A stretch of DNA of 38,398 nt from a virus, in IMG/VR virus record IMGVR_UViG_3300034150_000057, positions 1 to 38,398 of that record; one strand, given 5' to 3'. The notes beneath the pieces were generated by a model that was given only the letters and a program-made list of their open reading frames with translations, did no database searches and was not told where the DNA came from. How positions within the stretch are numbered: position 1 is the stretch's first letter; every line of letters starts with the position of its first letter. Made by a program: the position numbers and the translations under genes. Positions 13,138 through 21,066 of this stretch are shown here, piece after piece.

Positions 13138-13440
13138 GTGAAAGTCAAGACATGGACCACCCGCGAAGGCGACGTCTTGCAAATTCGTGAGATGGAAACC
13201 CAGCACATCCTCAATTGCCTGGCCATGCTGGAGCGTACAGCAGCGCTTCGTAAGCGGCGGGCAGAATTGGAGATGACCCTATCTCCATTTCAACCGCAAG
13301 GTGACATGGCCACGGATGCATTCAATTACGAATTCGACGAGCTACTGTCAACGCAGCCGCTCAAGTGGGCCCGCCGTCAACCGCAGTATCGCGCCTTGCT
13401 GAAGGAACTTATTCGTCGGATTCGGAAAGGAATCTCGTGA
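13138..13440 (+). CDS. Hypothetical protein (100 aa)
   Basis: GTG start behind P6/SD. The stop overlaps the next start (GTGA at 13437). Sequence begins VKVKTWTTREGDVLQIREMETQHILNCLAMLE. Confidence 0.6.
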   Translation: MKVKTWTTREGDVLQIREMETQHILNCLAMLERTAALRKRRAELEMTLSPFQPQGDMATDAFNYEFDELLSTQPLKWARRQPQYRALLKELIRRIRKGIS

Positions 13441-14147
13441 ACATCGTCAAACCTGACGCAGCGACCAAGTGCAAGGCGCTGGTCTTCGGACCTGGCGGCC
13501 ACGGGAAGACGTACTTCCTGGGCACGGCGGACGATGATCCGCGAACGAGCCCCACGCTTTTCCTGGCATGGGAAGCCGGCCTGCACACTCTCGTCGGTCG
13601 CGACATTGATACCGTCATCATCAATGATTGGACGGAATACAACGAGGCCTACGAGGAACTCGCCAGGCCGGACTCGGCATACCGTTCCGTGTGCGTCGAC
13701 TCGTTGAGCGAAACGCAAACGGGCGGCCTGCTCAACCTGCTGTCCACCCCAAATCCGAATAGGGTCAACACTGACTCATTGGAGCGCGGCGACTGGGGAG
13801 TGATCCTCATCCAGATGCGTCGCTTTGTCCGCGAGTTCAAGACGCTCGGGATGCATGTGTTCATGTCGGCCCTGAGCAAATCCGACACGGACCCGCGCGA
13901 GGGGCGGATCATCACGCCAAGCTTCTCCGGCCAGTTCGCCGACGAGGTCATCGGCATGTTCGATGTCGTCGGCTACATGGCGGAGGTCACGGAAGGAGAA
14001 CACTTCGAGCGACAGCTATTGCTTCACCATCCCAAGTATCGCGTCAAGGCGCGAACCCCGATGGGCATCGTAGCGCCGGATGAGATCGTTGATCCGGACG
14101 TGACCAAGCTGCTTGATGCCCTCGGCTATCCGAACGAAGGGGAATAG
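13437..14147 (+). CDS. AAA_24-family ATPase (Sak4-like recombination/annealing-associated protein)
   Basis: Walker A LVFGPGGHGKT and Walker B-like SVCVDSLSE. Its size and its position directly upstream of a DUF669-type SSB are typical of phage AAA_24 genes. Confidence 0.7.
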   Translation: MNIVKPDAATKCKALVFGPGGHGKTYFLGTADDDPRTSPTLFLAWEAGLHTLVGRDIDTVIINDWTEYNEAYEELARPDSAYRSVCVDSLSETQTGGLLNLLSTPNPNRVNTDSLERGDWGVILIQMRRFVREFKTLGMHVFMSALSKSDTDPREGRIITPSFSGQFADEVIGMFDVVGYMAEVTEGEHFERQLLLHHPKYRVKARTPMGIVAPDEIVDPDVTKLLDALGYPNEGE

Positions 14148-14150
14148 CAA

Positions 14151-14675
14151 ATGCCGAATATGAAGATGGCACTGGATTTCAGCGACGTCCAGGATTTCGA
14201 GGCCATCGACGAAGGTGTCTACGCGATGGTCATTGAAGGCGCGAAGTACACGCCGCCGAAGCCAGGCAAGGAATTCGGCCAGCTCCAGGTGGATTTCACG
14301 ATCACCGATGGACCACTGGCCAATCAGAAGCGCAGCGACTGGATGAGCTTCAGCCCGAAGGCGAAGTTCATCATGGCCCGCTTCTTCGAGCGGCTCGAGC
14401 TGGTCGACCCGGAAACGAAGGCCGGCCCTGGTCTCGAATTTGACGAGGAGACCAGCATCATGCTGGAGCCCGATATCATCGGGATCCCCGTGAGCGTGTT
14501 GGTCACGCAGCGGCCGTACAACAACAAGATGACGAATGACTTCGAGGTTCTCGAGCGCCTCGACAGCGAGGGTGAAGCCGAGGCGGCGCCCACACCTGCT
14601 CGCGCACCGGCGAGTCGGCCGGCATTCCGGCAGCCGGCCGCCACCGGCAAGGCACCTCGGCGGGTGATGAAGTAG
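14151..14675 (+). CDS. DUF669-like single-stranded DNA-binding protein
   Basis: The N-terminal pattern (DFEAIDEGVYAMVIEGAKY...GQLQVDFTI) and the disordered Ala/Pro/Arg-rich tail fit DUF669. The conserved AAA_24-DUF669 gene pairing supports the call. Confidence 0.55.
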   Translation: MPNMKMALDFSDVQDFEAIDEGVYAMVIEGAKYTPPKPGKEFGQLQVDFTITDGPLANQKRSDWMSFSPKAKFIMARFFERLELVDPETKAGPGLEFDEETSIMLEPDIIGIPVSVLVTQRPYNNKMTNDFEVLERLDSEGEAEAAPTPARAPASRPAFRQPAATGKAPRRVMK

Positions 14676-14676
14676 C

Positions 14677-17220
14677 GTGATCTGCGGCAACTGTTCCTGC
14701 CCTCTCAAGGGGCGGCCAACCCAGGGCGCAAATCGTGGTGTGCCTGAAGGATTGGCGGTCGTGTGCGAGTCCCCCACCGCGGGGGACTCAGCCGGCCTGG
14801 CGCCATACCAAGGGGCGGCCGGAGAAATTCTGCGCAAGACGTTGAGCCTGGCTGGGTTCGACGTCAATTCCATTTACTGGGCGAATGCCGTGGCACGCCT
14901 GGTAGATGCCGGCGCGAAACCGTCGATGGATTCGATCCGCGCCTGCCGCGAGCGCCTGCTCACCGAACTCGAGGCGGCTCGCCCAACGCGCGTGCTCGCT
15001 CTCGGCGGCCTGGCATGGGCGGCCGTGATGGGGTTCGATAGCTCGTCACCAATTACTCGCGAACGCGGTCGGATGGCCTGGCTCGAACTTCCCTCTGGAC
15101 GTGTCCCGGTACTTGCGACAATCAATCCAGCCGCATGCCTGGTCGACACGGATTGGTGGCGCGACCTGGCGTACGACGTCTCCAAGCTGGCTACTCAAAA
15201 GGAACCGCTTGCTCAGCCGAACCCCGAGGATTACTGGATCCCCCAGACGTTCGCAGGCCTGGCCGAAAATCTTCGAGAGCTGGCGCAATACGCCGCCGTC
15301 TCCATAGACCTCGAGACGCAGCCTAGCATTGAAGATCTTATAGCTCTTCGCGAGTCGCCGCGACCGAAGGCCTGGGCCAAGGATCATCCGCAAGCCGGCC
15401 TTGATCCGGCTCGCTCACGAATTCTCAGCCTGGGCATCGGTACTCGCGACGGGCCGATCGTCATCGTTGACGACATACTGCTCGCCCAGGAAAACGTGGT
15501 CGAACTCCTCGAGGAATTCATCTGGGATCCAGAGCATGTCGTCGTGATGCACAATGCGAAGTTCGACATGAAGTTCCTCGCGGCGCTATTCGGCCGGCAT
15601 GCCCCGCGCGATGTTCCGATCGCAGACACGATGCTCATGAACTGGTTGCTGGATGAGCGGCCGGTACGATCCATGTTCAAGGCTCACGGATTGAAGGACA
15701 TCTCGCGCTACTTGTACGACACGCCGAATTATGAATTCGACTGGCCGACGTTCTGGGCGCAGTCCGAGGATGATCGCGACTACGCGGCGCTCAACCGGTA
15801 CCACGCTACCGACCTTCGCCAGACGGCTCGCCTGTACTGGGATCGCCTGGCCGAACTCGAAGCCGTCGGACTTATGCAAGTCCACGACGAAATTCTCATT
15901 CCTGCCACACGTGCGCTCGCACAAGCCGAGTTCAACGGGATCGCCGTGAACCGCGAGTACCTGGCCGAGTATCGTCGTGGCCGCGAACGCCGTCTCACGC
16001 GGCGCCTGGCGGGTTTACGGGCTGCCGTGGGCGATCCTGAATTCAACCCACGCTCGGCGCAGCAGGTTGAAGTTCTCGTCTTCGACGAATATGGTTTCGA
16101 GGCAATCGAAAGCGCCGGCTACAAGACTTCGCTAGGCAAGGCCGGCGAGTCATTCCTCAAGCGGAATACTCGCCAGGAACTACTCGGCGCGCTAGCCGAC
16201 CGCCATGCAATTCGCCGGCCGCGTGAGGCTCGAGTCCTGCGATCCATCGTAGCCTGGCGCCACGACGAAAAGGCGAAGGCGACGTACGCCGACGGCCTAC
16301 TCGCAGCTTCCATCCAGGATGGCCGGATCAGGGCGTCGTTCAATCTCGCCGGCGCATCTACCGGCCGGCTCTCCAGCTCAGAGCCGAACCTCCAGAACAT
16401 TCCGAAGCGCGGTCCAACGGCCGAGGCGATTCGCCGCGCGTTCGTCGCGCCGCCTGGCATGCTGCTAATGGAAGCGGATTACTCGCAGCTCGAGCTTCGC
16501 GTCGCGGCTTTGCTATCCCGCGACGAGAGGTTTGCATCCGTCTACCGGGATGGCCGAGACATCCACCGCGAAGTCGCCGCCGTGATGTTCCACAAGCCGG
16601 CCGAAGATCTCACGTACATGGAGCGCTATCTCGCGAAGGCCGTGGACTTCGGCGCGATTTATGGCCGCGGCGGAAAGGCTATCAGCTTGGGCGCGGAGAT
16701 GGCCTACTACGAGAAATTCATGGGCGGCACGCGCTGGACGGCGGACGAAGCCCAGGACTTCGTGGATCGATTCCTCAACGGGTTCCCGGATCTACGCGCC
16801 TGGCTGACACGCCAAGGCTACGAAGCAATTCGCGATCGGGAGACCAAGACGATCTTCGGTCGCGTTCGCCGTTACCCGTTCATGACGCGGCAAGGCGTGC
16901 TCGAGGTTCGCCGCCAGGCGATGAACACACCGATCCAGTCGGTCGCGTCGGATATCTGCCTGTCTGCGTTCAGCCGGCTTGTCATGCGGCTTGACCCGGA
17001 TATCGCACGCCCGCTGTTCCCAATTCACGACTCGATCCTATTCGAGGTGGACGCGCACCACATTGAACCGGTCGCTAGAATTGTACGGGAGGAAATGCAA
17101 ATCAACTTGCCGAGCGTGGTACTCGAAGCGAACCGCGGATTGGATATCCCATTCACGGTGGACGTCAAGGCCGGGCCGACATGGGCAGACAGCGACCAGC
17201 ATGATGTGGAGATAACATGA
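14677..17220 (+). CDS. Family-4 UDG-like domain fused to family-A DNA polymerase (3'-5' exonuclease plus polymerase)
   Basis: UDG4-like N-terminus: CGNCSC, VVCESPTAGDSAGLAPYQGAAGEIL, LATINPAACL. Exo motifs: SIDLET, HNAKFDMKFL, YHATD. Pol motifs: A DYSQLELRV, B RYLAKAVDFGAIYG, C PIHDSILFEV. Confidence 0.9.
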   Translation: MICGNCSCPLKGRPTQGANRGVPEGLAVVCESPTAGDSAGLAPYQGAAGEILRKTLSLAGFDVNSIYWANAVARLVDAGAKPSMDSIRACRERLLTELEAARPTRVLALGGLAWAAVMGFDSSSPITRERGRMAWLELPSGRVPVLATINPAACLVDTDWWRDLAYDVSKLATQKEPLAQPNPEDYWIPQTFAGLAENLRELAQYAAVSIDLETQPSIEDLIALRESPRPKAWAKDHPQAGLDPARSRILSLGIGTRDGPIVIVDDILLAQENVVELLEEFIWDPEHVVVMHNAKFDMKFLAALFGRHAPRDVPIADTMLMNWLLDERPVRSMFKAHGLKDISRYLYDTPNYEFDWPTFWAQSEDDRDYAALNRYHATDLRQTARLYWDRLAELEAVGLMQVHDEILIPATRALAQAEFNGIAVNREYLAEYRRGRERRLTRRLAGLRAAVGDPEFNPRSAQQVEVLVFDEYGFEAIESAGYKTSLGKAGESFLKRNTRQELLGALADRHAIRRPREARVLRSIVAWRHDEKAKATYADGLLAASIQDGRIRASFNLAGASTGRLSSSEPNLQNIPKRGPTAEAIRRAFVAPPGMLLMEADYSQLELRVAALLSRDERFASVYRDGRDIHREVAAVMFHKPAEDLTYMERYLAKAVDFGAIYGRGGKAISLGAEMAYYEKFMGGTRWTADEAQDFVDRFLNGFPDLRAWLTRQGYEAIRDRETKTIFGRVRRYPFMTRQGVLEVRRQAMNTPIQSVASDICLSAFSRLVMRLDPDIARPLFPIHDSILFEVDAHHIEPVARIVREEMQINLPSVVLEANRGLDIPFTVDVKAGPTWADSDQHDVEIT

Positions 17221-17450
17221 CGCGAGATGGAAAGCCGACGGTGATGCGCATCCTGCGTGAGCGGAAAGGTATGACGCAAGAGGAACTTGCGGATTTGCTC
17301 AAATGCCGCCAGCCCGCTGTCTCCGCGTGGGAATCGCTTTCGTACCCGCTGTCCGATACGCGCCGGGCATCAATTGCGAAAATCCTCGGAGTGGATCCCG
17401 CCTGGCTGCTTCGGCCGTGGGATGAATTCGTACTGGCCGGCAAAGCATGA
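17217..17450 (+). CDS. XRE-family helix-turn-helix transcriptional regulator
   Basis: 77 aa. LRERKGMTQEELADLLKCRQPAVSAWES is a classic HTH_3 signature. ATGA-coupled to the polymerase stop. Confidence 0.8.
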   Translation: MTRDGKPTVMRILRERKGMTQEELADLLKCRQPAVSAWESLSYPLSDTRRASIAKILGVDPAWLLRPWDEFVLAGKA

Positions 17451-17704
17451 AGTACCGAATGAGCAACACCGTTGTCGAATTCCTCGACCCGTCCAATATG
17501 CGTTTCCACGTTCTCGTGAGTGGCCTGGATGCCGCGGCTCTTCGGACGCGCGGCGATCAAGCCTACGCCACAAGGCGCCCTCCTCCAGGGCCGGGCTATT
17601 TCGCCTGGCTTCGGGCGCTTTACCGGCAGCGACTCTACTCCCCCACGGCGCACCACGGGAAGCCAGGAGGCACCGCCACCGGTTTGACCGGTTCCGAGGA
17701 ATAG
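17447..17704 (+). CDS. Hypothetical protein (85 aa), last plus-strand gene
   Basis: ATGA-coupled start. It ends 40 nt from the convergent holin stop. Confidence 0.5.
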   Translation: MKYRMSNTVVEFLDPSNMRFHVLVSGLDAAALRTRGDQAYATRRPPPGPGYFAWLRALYRQRLYSPTAHHGKPGGTATGLTGSEE

Positions 17705-17744
17705 AAACGCCCTACCCGCTACTACTCGAAGAATGGCGGCCGGC

Positions 17745-17927
17745 CTACTCCGGGTCAGAACCCTTGCGAATTCGCCAGCCAATGCCCAGCAAAATCGCGG
17801 CGATCGCAGCTAATACCGCACCGCGCTCGTCGATGCCCACCGTGCCCGGTGTCAGGATGGCGCCAACGAGCACGAGGCAAATTGCGATGACTGCCCACAG
17901 CGCAGCGTCGTGTGCGTTGAGCCTCAT
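17745..17927 (-). CDS. Holin-like protein (two transmembrane helices, charged C-terminus)
   Basis: 60 aa. TM1 ALWAVIAICLVLVGAIL, TM2 GAVLAAIAAILLGIGW, tail RIRKGSDPE. ATGA-coupled to the preceding lysin gene. Last gene of the late operon. Confidence 0.65.
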   Translation of the reverse strand: MRLNAHDAALWAVIAICLVLVGAILTPGTVGIDERGAVLAAIAAILLGIGWRIRKGSDPE

Positions 17928-18832
17928 GGTCGCGGAGGAAATGGACTCATCGCCAAGTCATACCCTTCTCGCCTGGCCGTGAGCAATTCCTCGTCGGATG
18001 CGCCGGCCGTAGGTGGCGGCTGATTTACGATCTCACTGACCGCATCTTTGGCGACAAACACGAGCGTCACCCGGCTCACGCCGTCAGGCCAACCCTGGCC
18101 GGTGAAAACCTGGATCGCGTAAGCCTCGCCACGGTATCCCATGATTTGGACGCCGATCGAACCGGTCCCGACCTGGCCGCGCTTGCTGGTCATGCGCCAG
18201 TCATTGAAGAACGCCGTTCCACCCGTGACCTTGCCAACCTTGAGGCTTTGTACCTGCTCGTCGAAAATGACGTAGTCGCCTGCCACGGGTTGCAACCTCA
18301 CAATCGTGGTCGAGTGATTGCCATTGGCCCAGAGTGCTTGCGCAATTTGCGCCCAAGGTACCCAGGCTCCTCGAGCATCTTGATCCCACAACGGATCGAA
18401 ATAGCCGGCCTGATCGTCGGGCTCGTTCCAACCGTAGAGCGTCGCGCTATGCCCGAAATCATTTGCCTGCACTCGTAGCCAGGCAGGCAGCAACCGATAT
18501 TGGAGCGATGCCACCACGGCGAATCCATTGCGCAAGCGATCGGGAATGTCGGCGATAGCGATACTCGCCAGCATAATTCCAAGAGCATCCTTGGCACCGG
18601 CTCGCAGCTCCGATGCCTTGGACCCGGCATTGTGCGGACGTCCACCGGCTGCTCGAATTTCGTGCGCTTCCTCGAGCATGGAAGCGGACAAACCCAGACG
18701 CGACGTACGGCATGCCATGTGCGCCGAGCAATATCCGCAGCAGACCATCGGCGTCTCGCCACGTTCCGACACGACCGTCAGATCGGGAAACAAACCGGTG
18801 ACCTGGCCATACCTGTACTCAGGCAGGCTCAT
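17924..18832 (-). CDS. Putative endolysin (papain-like Cys/His peptidase N-domain plus beta-rich C-domain)
   Basis: It sits between the tail genes and the holin. Candidate nucleophile in PMVCCGYCSAHMA and candidate His in DFGHSATLYGW...YFDPLW (C39/NlpC-like arrangement). The ATG at 18832 has a GAGG SD; the alternative ATG at 18862 (track) has none. The enzymatic class was assigned by eye only. Confidence 0.5.
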   Translation of the reverse strand: MSLPEYRYGQVTGLFPDLTVVSERGETPMVCCGYCSAHMACRTSRLGLSASMLEEAHEIRAAGGRPHNAGSKASELRAGAKDALGIMLASIAIADIPDRLRNGFAVVASLQYRLLPAWLRVQANDFGHSATLYGWNEPDDQAGYFDPLWDQDARGAWVPWAQIAQALWANGNHSTTIVRLQPVAGDYVIFDEQVQSLKVGKVTGGTAFFNDWRMTSKRGQVGTGSIGVQIMGYRGEAYAIQVFTGQGWPDGVSRVTLVFVAKDAVSEIVNQPPPTAGASDEELLTARREGYDLAMSPFPPRP

Positions 18833-18965
18833 CCGCCGCCTCGGTGTCACGCTCCTCGCCATCCGGTGAAACGAAGTCGGTGTCCACCACTTCGATTACC
18901 GCCGGCAAATCTGAATCAAGATCGGGAAGCTTTGCATCGGCGTCATCTGCGCGTGGTTCTGTCAT
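18819..18965 (-). CDS. Possible small acidic protein (48 aa)
   Basis: Own translation: MTEPRADDADAKLPDLDSDLPAVIEVVDTDFVSPDGEERDTEAADEPA. The ATG overlaps the upstream stop (ATGA at 18962-18965). Below the track length cutoff. Confidence 0.35.
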   Translation of the reverse strand: MTEPRADDADAKLPDLDSDLPAVIEVVDTDFVSPDGEERDTEAADEPA

Positions 18966-19657
18966 CGAATCACCGCGAGTAAAGCAGAAGAAGCCGTCGA
19001 CCTGGCAAACGTGAACGCGGCGGAAGGCCTTGATCCGGGGATATAGCGGAAGATCCAGGCGAGCGTGAGACTACCCATCAACGCAAGGATCGGAGCCTGG
19101 CCGTTGGAGAGCACGACGGAACCACCGCCGGCACCTCCCGACTTGAACCGGCTGACAGCGAGTAGCAAGGCGCCCGGGACAGCAAGGCCGCGCTTCATGG
19201 CCGCGACCGTCATGCTTGTGGACGTACCCCATATTTGCCCTGACCAGAGCACTTCCCCAAGCAAGCCAGGCATTTCGACGAAAGCGCATTCCTCGTAGCC
19301 GGTACCCGAGCCAGCTCCGCCTTGCGCAGAAATCGTCTTCGAGGGTGCTGATCCTGTTCGCCGGCCAAACCAGATCGTCGGCTGAGCATAGCCAGAACCG
19401 GTGCCGCCAGCCACTGGCCCAGGGCTCCATTCATAGCCAGGCTGCGAGACGTCCCACAAACCCTGCGGACCATCGTAGCCACCAATTCCAAGGATCGGAA
19501 AATACGGCGTGTGCGTGAGAACAATTGAGCGCGAGTGAGAAGAAGTCGGGAGACCCGACTCCTGCCGCTGCCCGATCAAAATTCGGCGAGGCGGTTTGCC
19601 GAGGTCACAGTTCATTCCCTCTTCAGCGCCGAGCGTCAAGAACGCGCGATCGATCAT
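18962..19657 (-). CDS. Minor tail / putative receptor-binding protein, paralog B (231 aa)
   Basis: The C-terminal ~110 aa align with the upstream neighbour: GEVLWSGQ...IFRYIPGSRPSAAFTFARSTASSALLAVIR versus GEVLWSHM...VYRYVPGTLPTVAWTFGSAANHGVIAAILR. ATGA-coupled. Confidence 0.6.
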   Translation of the reverse strand: MIDRAFLTLGAEEGMNCDLGKPPRRILIGQRQESGLPTSSHSRSIVLTHTPYFPILGIGGYDGPQGLWDVSQPGYEWSPGPVAGGTGSGYAQPTIWFGRRTGSAPSKTISAQGGAGSGTGYEECAFVEMPGLLGEVLWSGQIWGTSTSMTVAAMKRGLAVPGALLLAVSRFKSGGAGGGSVVLSNGQAPILALMGSLTLAWIFRYIPGSRPSAAFTFARSTASSALLAVIR

Positions 19658-20295
19658 CGAAGGATCGCCGCAATCACGCCATGGTTGGCCGCTGAGCCGA
19701 ACGTCCAGGCGACAGTCGGGAGTGTGCCAGGCACATAGCGATACACGAGCAAGCGTCCGCCACCGGTCACGCTATTGGCGATCTCCGCAATTGGTAGAAG
19801 GCCTGCCGAATGAACCGCGGTGACGGTTGAACCAGAGCGAATTGCTGCGCCGGCCACGAAGACAAGGCCGGCTTCACGGAGTGGAAGCACCGGCGCCGTC
19901 GAAGAAACCGTTGTGGCCGTATTCGCGTTGTTCATGTGCGACCAAAGTACCTCGCCGCGAATACCGAGAAGTTCGGCAAACATCGCACCGGTCGGGCCAG
20001 TCCAGGACCAGCTCGCCGCAGTCGCAGGATCCGGCCCAGCCTTCCGCCCGAGGATGAATTCCGCCGCGCTCCACGAAGCGCTCGGCGCGCCCATTGAACC
20101 CCATGACCACTCGACACCGGAATGGCTCCAGGACGAGAGCGGCACCGTGTCGGCTCGAGTAGCCAGGCCAACGAGCGTGGAATCACGAAGCCGGTGCGGA
20201 GCACGTGCCATCGAACCAGAACCGGTCTGAAGAGCAGCGAGTCGCGGCCGTGCTCCGAGAGCTACTCGCCCGTCGTGAAGTAGCAAGGCCGGCAT
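19654..20295 (-). CDS. Minor tail / putative receptor-binding protein, paralog A (213 aa)
   Basis: Trp/Ser-rich N-half (SSWSHSGVEWSWGS...SWSWTG) and a shared C-terminal module with paralog B. The start abuts the upstream stop (TAGATG). Confidence 0.6.
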   Translation of the reverse strand: MPALLLHDGRVALGARPRLAALQTGSGSMARAPHRLRDSTLVGLATRADTVPLSSWSHSGVEWSWGSMGAPSASWSAAEFILGRKAGPDPATAASWSWTGPTGAMFAELLGIRGEVLWSHMNNANTATTVSSTAPVLPLREAGLVFVAGAAIRSGSTVTAVHSAGLLPIAEIANSVTGGGRLLVYRYVPGTLPTVAWTFGSAANHGVIAAILR

Positions 20296-20718
20296 CTAAT
20301 AATCGCCGTACACGGCGAGCAGTGACACGGTCTTCGCAGCCGTGACGGTGGCCTGCACACCTGCCTTCAGGATGTCACCAGCGCCCAGCCCCAACGAACC
20401 GTCAGGATCGAGCGAAGCCATTGCGGCCAGGTCGAGAAGGTTGACCGACGGGACAGCAGCCGCATTCGTTGGGTCACCGGATCGGGCCGTGACGGATTTC
20501 ACGCCGAGTGGATAATTCGGACCCGCCCCGGCAATCTGGACGTACAGGCCCACCACGTTGGCCGCCGTGTCATCGGTGGCCGCGTTGACCGCCAGCACTC
20601 GACAACCTTCCGCGCCGGCCGTGAGCAAAGTCTTGAGGGTTGTCGTATCCGCCGGTACGATCTGAACCCCAGCGACTTTGCGATTCTTGATGAAGATCGG
20701 CGCAGTGTTTGCAGCCAT
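20296..20718 (-). CDS. Hypothetical tail-module protein (140 aa)
   Basis: GAGGGGG SD 9 nt upstream. It lies inside the distal-tail gene block and has no recognisable motif. Confidence 0.6.
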   Translation of the reverse strand: MAANTAPIFIKNRKVAGVQIVPADTTTLKTLLTAGAEGCRVLAVNAATDDTAANVVGLYVQIAGAGPNYPLGVKSVTARSGDPTNAAAVPSVNLLDLAAMASLDPDGSLGLGAGDILKAGVQATVTAAKTVSLLAVYGDY

Positions 20719-20733
20719 TGAACGTGGCCCCCT

Positions 20734-21063
20734 CTACCTGAAATTCAGATAAGCGTAGATGAGCGCCGCCGCATTCGTCGCAGGTGTTCCACCGCCACCA
20801 CCGCCACCAGCCTCGGCACGCCACTCTACACCGCCGACGCCGTCTGGAGCCAGGACAAGCGTGTCGTCCAATTCAGCGGTTGTCAAGTCTTCCGCGGCCG
20901 ACACGCCTGTACTGGCCGTTGCCCATATATCCCACGACACGCCGTTATCCCGGTAAACCGTCGCAGGGACATCGTCCGTTGCCTGGAAAAGCCGACCGGC
21001 AATACCCGCCGACGGCCGGTCAACGAGCAGGCCAAGGTCAATGAGGTCTGCTAGCTTGGCCAT
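20734..21063 (-). CDS. Hypothetical tail fibre-associated protein (109 aa, Gly7 tract)
   Basis: GRLFQATDDVPATVYRDNGVSWDIW resembles a motif common in phage fibre proteins. It also contains AGGGGGGGTP. Confidence 0.55.
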   Translation of the reverse strand: MAKLADLIDLGLLVDRPSAGIAGRLFQATDDVPATVYRDNGVSWDIWATASTGVSAAEDLTTAELDDTLVLAPDGVGGVEWRAEAGGGGGGGTPATNAAALIYAYLNFR

Positions 21064-21066
21064 GCG

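Noticed and set aside
14016-14873. Minus-strand ORFs inside the plus-strand replication block: 285 aa at 14016-14873; also 11984-12724 and 6349-7158.
   Set aside because: - They are antisense to the AAA_24, DUF669, polymerase, Cas4-like nuclease and KA-repeat genes.
- Their composition is typical of GC-rich shadow frames.
- Real genes here would break the strictly convergent two-block architecture.
17705-17744. Expected bidirectional terminator at the convergence point of the two transcription blocks.
   Set aside because: Only 4-5 bp complementary stretches are present (CCGG...CCGG, ACGCC...GGCG). There is no convincing stem-loop or U-tract, so no terminator is called.
20784-20810. The GGTGGCGGTGGTGGCGG tract encoding Gly7, considered as a slippage-prone phase-variation site.
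   Set aside because: It is not a homopolymer or a perfect short tandem repeat. Any in-frame slippage would only change the Gly number, and there is no evidence of variability in a single sequence.
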